From positions 288,001 to 352,000 of the forward strand of contig JBMNFY010000017.1 of NCBI GenBank assembly GCA_050949565.1: a stretch of 64,000 nucleotides of DNA. Direction: 5' to 3'. The position numbers were made by a program, and so were the translations under genes. The DNA is from Kiritimatiellia bacterium. GTDB lineage: Bacteria; Verrucomicrobiota; Kiritimatiellia; RFP12; UBA1067. The notes under the pieces are model-generated. The model ran no database searches. It was not told where the DNA came from and was given only the letters and a program-made list of their open reading frames with translations. Every line of letters starts with the position of its first letter. The first letter of the stretch is position 1. Of this stretch, positions 59,246 to 64,000 are shown piece by piece.

Positions 59246-62200
59246 TTATTCGTTATCTTTTGCTTTCAGCGTGAATGTCCGAACCTCGCCGAAGGGGATC
59301 GGGGGGTGATGCGCGACCTCCATCTGCACTGCAAGTTCCACGGGCAGCGGTGTCGTTTTCCCCTCCGAGACTCTTGCCAAACCCCTCGTGGCATGGGCGT
59401 CCCGCCCATGAAACACGGGCAAGATGCCCGTGCCACACCTGAAAGCAAGGGGGTTTGCAAGAACCTCCTCCGTCTGGAAGAGATCGATCTCGCCGAAATC
59501 AGCATCGGCCAGATACGGCACGTCAGCCGGGCGTCCGTCGCATCCAAGCGGCAGACCGTGCCGAGCGAGCGTCCGAACACCAGCCTTATCACGGAGCCGG
59601 AGCGTCACCGCATGTTGCCGGTCATCGGCGCGCCACGTCGCGACCTGCGTGTTGCCGACCACGATCCGTGCGCGTACAGGCTGGTCGGACGCCACGAGGA
59701 CCACCGCACCGTTTTCCGCTTCGCGCCATACGCCCTCCGCGTCGCGGATCTGCATGCGCGTAAACTCTGCATCAAGATACTTGGGCGGATTGGTGCCGTC
59801 GCACGGCACGTTGCCGACTGCAAGACCAAGCGCCTCCGCTTGGCTCAACCCGCTACCCGGAGAACGCACCCCGAGCATGTGCCCGGCTTGTCGTGCAGCG
59901 CGATAGGCAGCAGCGCCCTCATGAAAAGCCGCGCGCCAGTACCCGCCCGCGTGCGCGTCACGGTCAAACACGAACCACTCCGTCGGCGTTACCGGTTCAC
60001 GCGCCGTTTTGAAGCGCGGCGCGTAAGTCCGGATCAAGCGCGCCGCCGGACGCTCCACACGGTCGGGGCCAATGACCCCGTAATCGCTGCGCTCCCCCAC
60101 ACGGTAGCCGCCGACCCACCACCACGGCACCGTGCCCACCGCACCCGCCGCCAGACCGGTCCGGTAGAACCGCTCCGAATACCGCCCCTGGCGTTCGATC
60201 GCCGCGGCACTCTGCGTCATGCGCACATCGTCCCAGACGTTGAGGCCGAATTCAGACCATACGACCGGCTTGCCACCCGTCGTGAACGCCGTATACCGCG
60301 TGATGAATCCGATCGCGTCTTCGCCCTCATCGGTATCCGGGATCGCGTAGCCTTCGGGGCAGATGAAGTCGATATGTTTGACCGGCCCGCTCAGTGCAAA
60401 ATCGTAAGGCAACGTATTTCCCTGACGGAAACTGATGAGGTGGTTCGGATCCAACTCACGCAAACGGCGGTGCGCCTTGCCCCAGAGGCGGCTCGTGAGC
60501 GTATCCATGAAGCGGCGGTACGCGGCCATCTGCACACGCCACGCACCGTCCTCGCGAAACCAAGCATCCGGCGGCGAGATCGCACGACCGTCCGCATCTC
60601 GCCGCGCCTTAACGCCCCAGTCGCGCTCGGCACGCGCCAGCGAGCCGTAACGCTCATCGATCCAGTCACGCCACGCGCCGTCCCAACGCGCACGCGCCGC
60701 ATCGTTTTTGAATACGTGATTGCCCGGTTCCCAGATCGTGTCGTACGCGAACACCGTGGCATTGCCCGGCAGCCGCGCGGCTTCAAGATAGCCTTTGAGT
60801 TCCGCTTCCTTGAATGCCAACGGCGAGGCTTGCCCCATGAACAGGTTCACGTAGATACCGTGCCGGCGGCACCGTCGCAAAAAATCGAGCAGATTCCGGT
60901 ATTCGCGCTGCGGCGGCGTCTGGATGCTGACCATGTTCACGCCTAGATCCGCCAGATGAATCAGGTCGCGCTCAACCTCTTCCGGCGCATAGAAAGGATC
61001 ACGCAACCAGCCCGCCCAATAGTCGGCGTGATCCATGCCCGACACATAAAGCGGCCAAAAATTCATTCCGACCGGATACCATCTCTCTCCTTTCAACCAG
61101 AAGTTGCCATCCCGCACTGTGATGAACGCATCATGCGGATCAGGCGCAGGATCTAGCACGGCAAAGGTCTGGCTGACGGTCTCTTCGTACTTACCGTCCA
61201 ACAGCGTGATCCGATAGCGGTACTCAGCCGGCTCTGCTGGCGGCTGCCACGTTGTCTCAATGACAGTTGCCCCACGCGACAACATTCTGGAAACCGGAGT
61301 GCGCCACACCGTACGTCCGTCACGCTCCACGCTGAAGGTCACCGTGACCTCGCGCGGCGACGCGCCGAAATGCCGGAGCGATGCGCCGAAGGTGACCGGC
61401 TCGCCCGGCCAGTATGCGAACTGTTCCGGGCCTGCTGTTTCGATCAGCGTCCCGCGCGTCACGTTCTCAACCGCCGCCACCACGCGCGCCAACACGGGCG
61501 GCGTGCTCCACACACTAGGGTCACAGTAGCCGAATCCGGCAAACACGCTCCCGGCCCTGTTTGAGTGGCTGTTGAGCAAAAGCCATTCGCATGCCCCGCC
61601 AGTCATACCGTCAGGACGGCGCGCCTCGGCGAGCGTCACGAACCGCCATTTCGCGCCGCGCTTGTAGCCTTCGCCGCGTGTACGCGGAATCGCGCACACA
61701 ACATCGCGGCAGGACATACCGGCCACCGAGACTTCGCCCGTCACCACATGCGTTTTGTAACGCGGGTAAAGACTTTCGAGCGAAAGGTCTGCGGGAGGCA
61801 ACGCAAGATTCGCTGCGGCCAACGGATCGCGTGCCGACCCCACATCGGCCAGCCACACCGTATGCGCACCGCCGACCATCGCGGGCGTATGCGAAGCCGA
61901 CATACCGAAACAGATGCGCACAGCCTGCGCTGCACGCAGACGGTCGCCTTTGCCGCCCCGTTTTTCCTTGGTGACCGAATCGCGCCAATACCGAAACGCT
62001 GCCAGCGGCAGACCCACCCGACGCCATGTGTTGGTCAGTTCGGACACGGCGATCCAGCGCGAACCGTCGCGCTCAATGATTTCCACCGCGAGTTGGGCCA
62101 GGGGTTTGTCGCTTTTTGCGAGGAGCGTAATCATGTCGTCGCCGTCACCGAACAGCTTGGAGACTTCCGGCGAATGGCGGACTTCCCAGCCTTGCAGCCG

Positions 62201-62836
62201 TTCAATGTCCAAGCGTAGGCAGGCCGTTCCTCCCGGCCCTTCCGGCACGAGCGCGAAGGTACTGTTCTCGTCACGGCCGGAGCGCACCCGACGCCAAGCC
62301 TTGAGATCCATCCCCGCCTTGATTTCAAACGGGCGGTATGTTGGCTCGACGCGCTCCACAAGCGCCGCGCGGCCGGTCGCATCAAGCCAGCACCCGTCGA
62401 CGCGCCAGAGCGCCCGGTCGACAAGCGGCCCGCCGATACAGATCGTATGCACGCCTTCGCGTGCCAGACGATCCACCGCGTTTACTGTCTCAGCCGGTAA
62501 CGAGGCACAGTGCGGCAAAATCAACACACAGAACGGCTGTGCCGACAGCGTCTCAGGCGCAAGAAGTTGATCCGCCGTCAACCGTGCAACCTCGAACCCC
62601 TTAGACAACAGGGCTTCGGCCAGTCGCGCGTTTGCCGTTCGATCATGTCCGGGCAAAGCATCGTCCAGCAATGCCACACGAGCGGGCGCACCTGTCTGTT
62701 GTTGCGGTGGCAGAGTCGTCTGCGGGGCTTCCGCCCGAACCATCACGCCACACAGCATCCATACCGCCGTCATCCAACCGATTGCCCTCCATTTTCGGGT
62801 GACTTCCACGAGCAACATGTTTCTCTCCATTTTCAT
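59246..62836 (-). CDS. large secreted clan-A-like (GH5/GH42-like) glycoside hydrolase carrying an in-frame MITE
   Basis: Signal peptide, G.NFWP, AYDTIWEP, ERYGSL, KPVVWSEFG, WWW.GG; 35-aa repeat-derived insert near the C-terminus. Confidence 0.75.
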   Translation of the reverse strand: MKMERNMLLVEVTRKWRAIGWMTAVWMLCGVMVRAEAPQTTLPPQQQTGAPARVALLDDALPGHDRTANARLAEALLSKGFEVARLTADQLLAPETLSAQPFCVLILPHCASLPAETVNAVDRLAREGVHTICIGGPLVDRALWRVDGCWLDATGRAALVERVEPTYRPFEIKAGMDLKAWRRVRSGRDENSTFALVPEGPGGTACLRLDIERLQGWEVRHSPEVSKLFGDGDDMITLLAKSDKPLAQLAVEIIERDGSRWIAVSELTNTWRRVGLPLAAFRYWRDSVTKEKRGGKGDRLRAAQAVRICFGMSASHTPAMVGGAHTVWLADVGSARDPLAAANLALPPADLSLESLYPRYKTHVVTGEVSVAGMSCRDVVCAIPRTRGEGYKRGAKWRFVTLAEARRPDGMTGGACEWLLLNSHSNRAGSVFAGFGYCDPSVWSTPPVLARVVAAVENVTRGTLIETAGPEQFAYWPGEPVTFGASLRHFGASPREVTVTFSVERDGRTVWRTPVSRMLSRGATVIETTWQPPAEPAEYRYRITLLDGKYEETVSQTFAVLDPAPDPHDAFITVRDGNFWLKGERWYPVGMNFWPLYVSGMDHADYWAGWLRDPFYAPEEVERDLIHLADLGVNMVSIQTPPQREYRNLLDFLRRCRRHGIYVNLFMGQASPLAFKEAELKGYLEAARLPGNATVFAYDTIWEPGNHVFKNDAARARWDGAWRDWIDERYGSLARAERDWGVKARRDADGRAISPPDAWFREDGAWRVQMAAYRRFMDTLTSRLWGKAHRRLRELDPNHLISFRQGNTLPYDFALSGPVKHIDFICPEGYAIPDTDEGEDAIGFITRYTAFTTGGKPVVWSEFGLNVWDDVRMTQSAAAIERQGRYSERFYRTGLAAGAVGTVPWWWVGGYRVGERSDYGVIGPDRVERPAARLIRTYAPRFKTAREPVTPTEWFVFDRDAHAGGYWRAAFHEGAAAYRAARQAGHMLGVRSPGSGLSQAEALGLAVGNVPCDGTNPPKYLDAEFTRMQIRDAEGVWREAENGAVVLVASDQPVRARIVVGNTQVATWRADDRQHAVTLRLRDKAGVRTLARHGLPLGCDGRPADVPYLADADFGEIDLFQTEEVLANPLAFRCGTGILPVFHGRDAHATRGLARVSEGKTTPLPVELAVQMEVAHHPPIPFGEVRTFTLKAKDNE
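59367..59467 (-). mobile_element. 101-bp MITE (TIRs + REP doublet) with a 4-bp CTCC target duplication
   Basis: Ends GAGACTCTTGCCAAACCCC and GGGGTTTGCAAGAACCTC; CTCC at 59363-59366 and 59468-59471. Confidence 0.9.
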
Positions 62837-62875
62837 GCCTATTAAACGGGTGGATTATCAGCGGCGTGCCACAGA

Positions 62876-62915
62876 AAAAAACGCCGCACCCGCGCGAGCG
62901 GGAACGGCGTTTTTA
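62876..62915 (-). terminator. terminator after gap
   Basis: AAAAAACGCCG..CCCGC-GCGA-GCGGG..CGGCGTTTTT, with bidirectional-type tails. Confidence 0.8.
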
Positions 62916-62939
62916 TGCACAACAATCAGCGCGGTTCGC

Positions 62940-63944
<1,005 letters not shown>

Positions 63945-64000
63945 TTACTCCTTCACAGTTTAAGAGAGACGAGCCTTATCGGCTCTGCCATGCCAGAACC

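Noticed and set aside
59195-60946. 583-aa plus-strand ORF and other long antisense ORFs (e.g. 27228-28577, 41417-42661, 45995-47347, 56099-57283)
   Set aside because: Shadow frames opposite well-supported genes in high-GC DNA, with no motifs.

Overview
GC-rich bacterial chromosome segment, most consistent with a PVC-superphylum carbohydrate degrader such as Kiritimatiellota/Lentisphaerota. This assignment is inferred from gene content and not proven. Housekeeping genes: cobB, thiN, leuA with a leader-peptide attenuator, rpsA, tyrS, gph, gdhA, rpmI-rplT, tRNA-Ala(CGC), a cyclophilin, parE/parC and gap. Accessory content: many secreted glycan-active enzymes, a six-gene hydrogenase-4-like operon whose large subunit lacks the NiFe cysteine motifs (Ehr-type), and a ~9 kb defence island (Type ISP R-M enzyme, coiled-coil/2TM protein, HEPN-like protein, HTH-ImmA peptidase, PIN protein). 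The most unusual signal is a set of small mobile repeats. (1) A DDE transposase end carries a REP doublet, and a 101-bp copy of that end sits in frame, with a 4-bp target duplication, inside a glycoside hydrolase gene. (2) An adjacent RAYT (HUH) transposase has an extra C-terminal domain and repeats within its own coding sequence. (3) A second REP doublet is translated as part of the HyfB tail. (4) Intergenic patchworks of short 6-9-bp tandem modules occur, one bounded by perfect 18-bp terminal inverted repeats. No CRISPR array, rRNA, reverse transcriptase or integrase was seen. All product calls come from motif recognition by eye; no database search was run.
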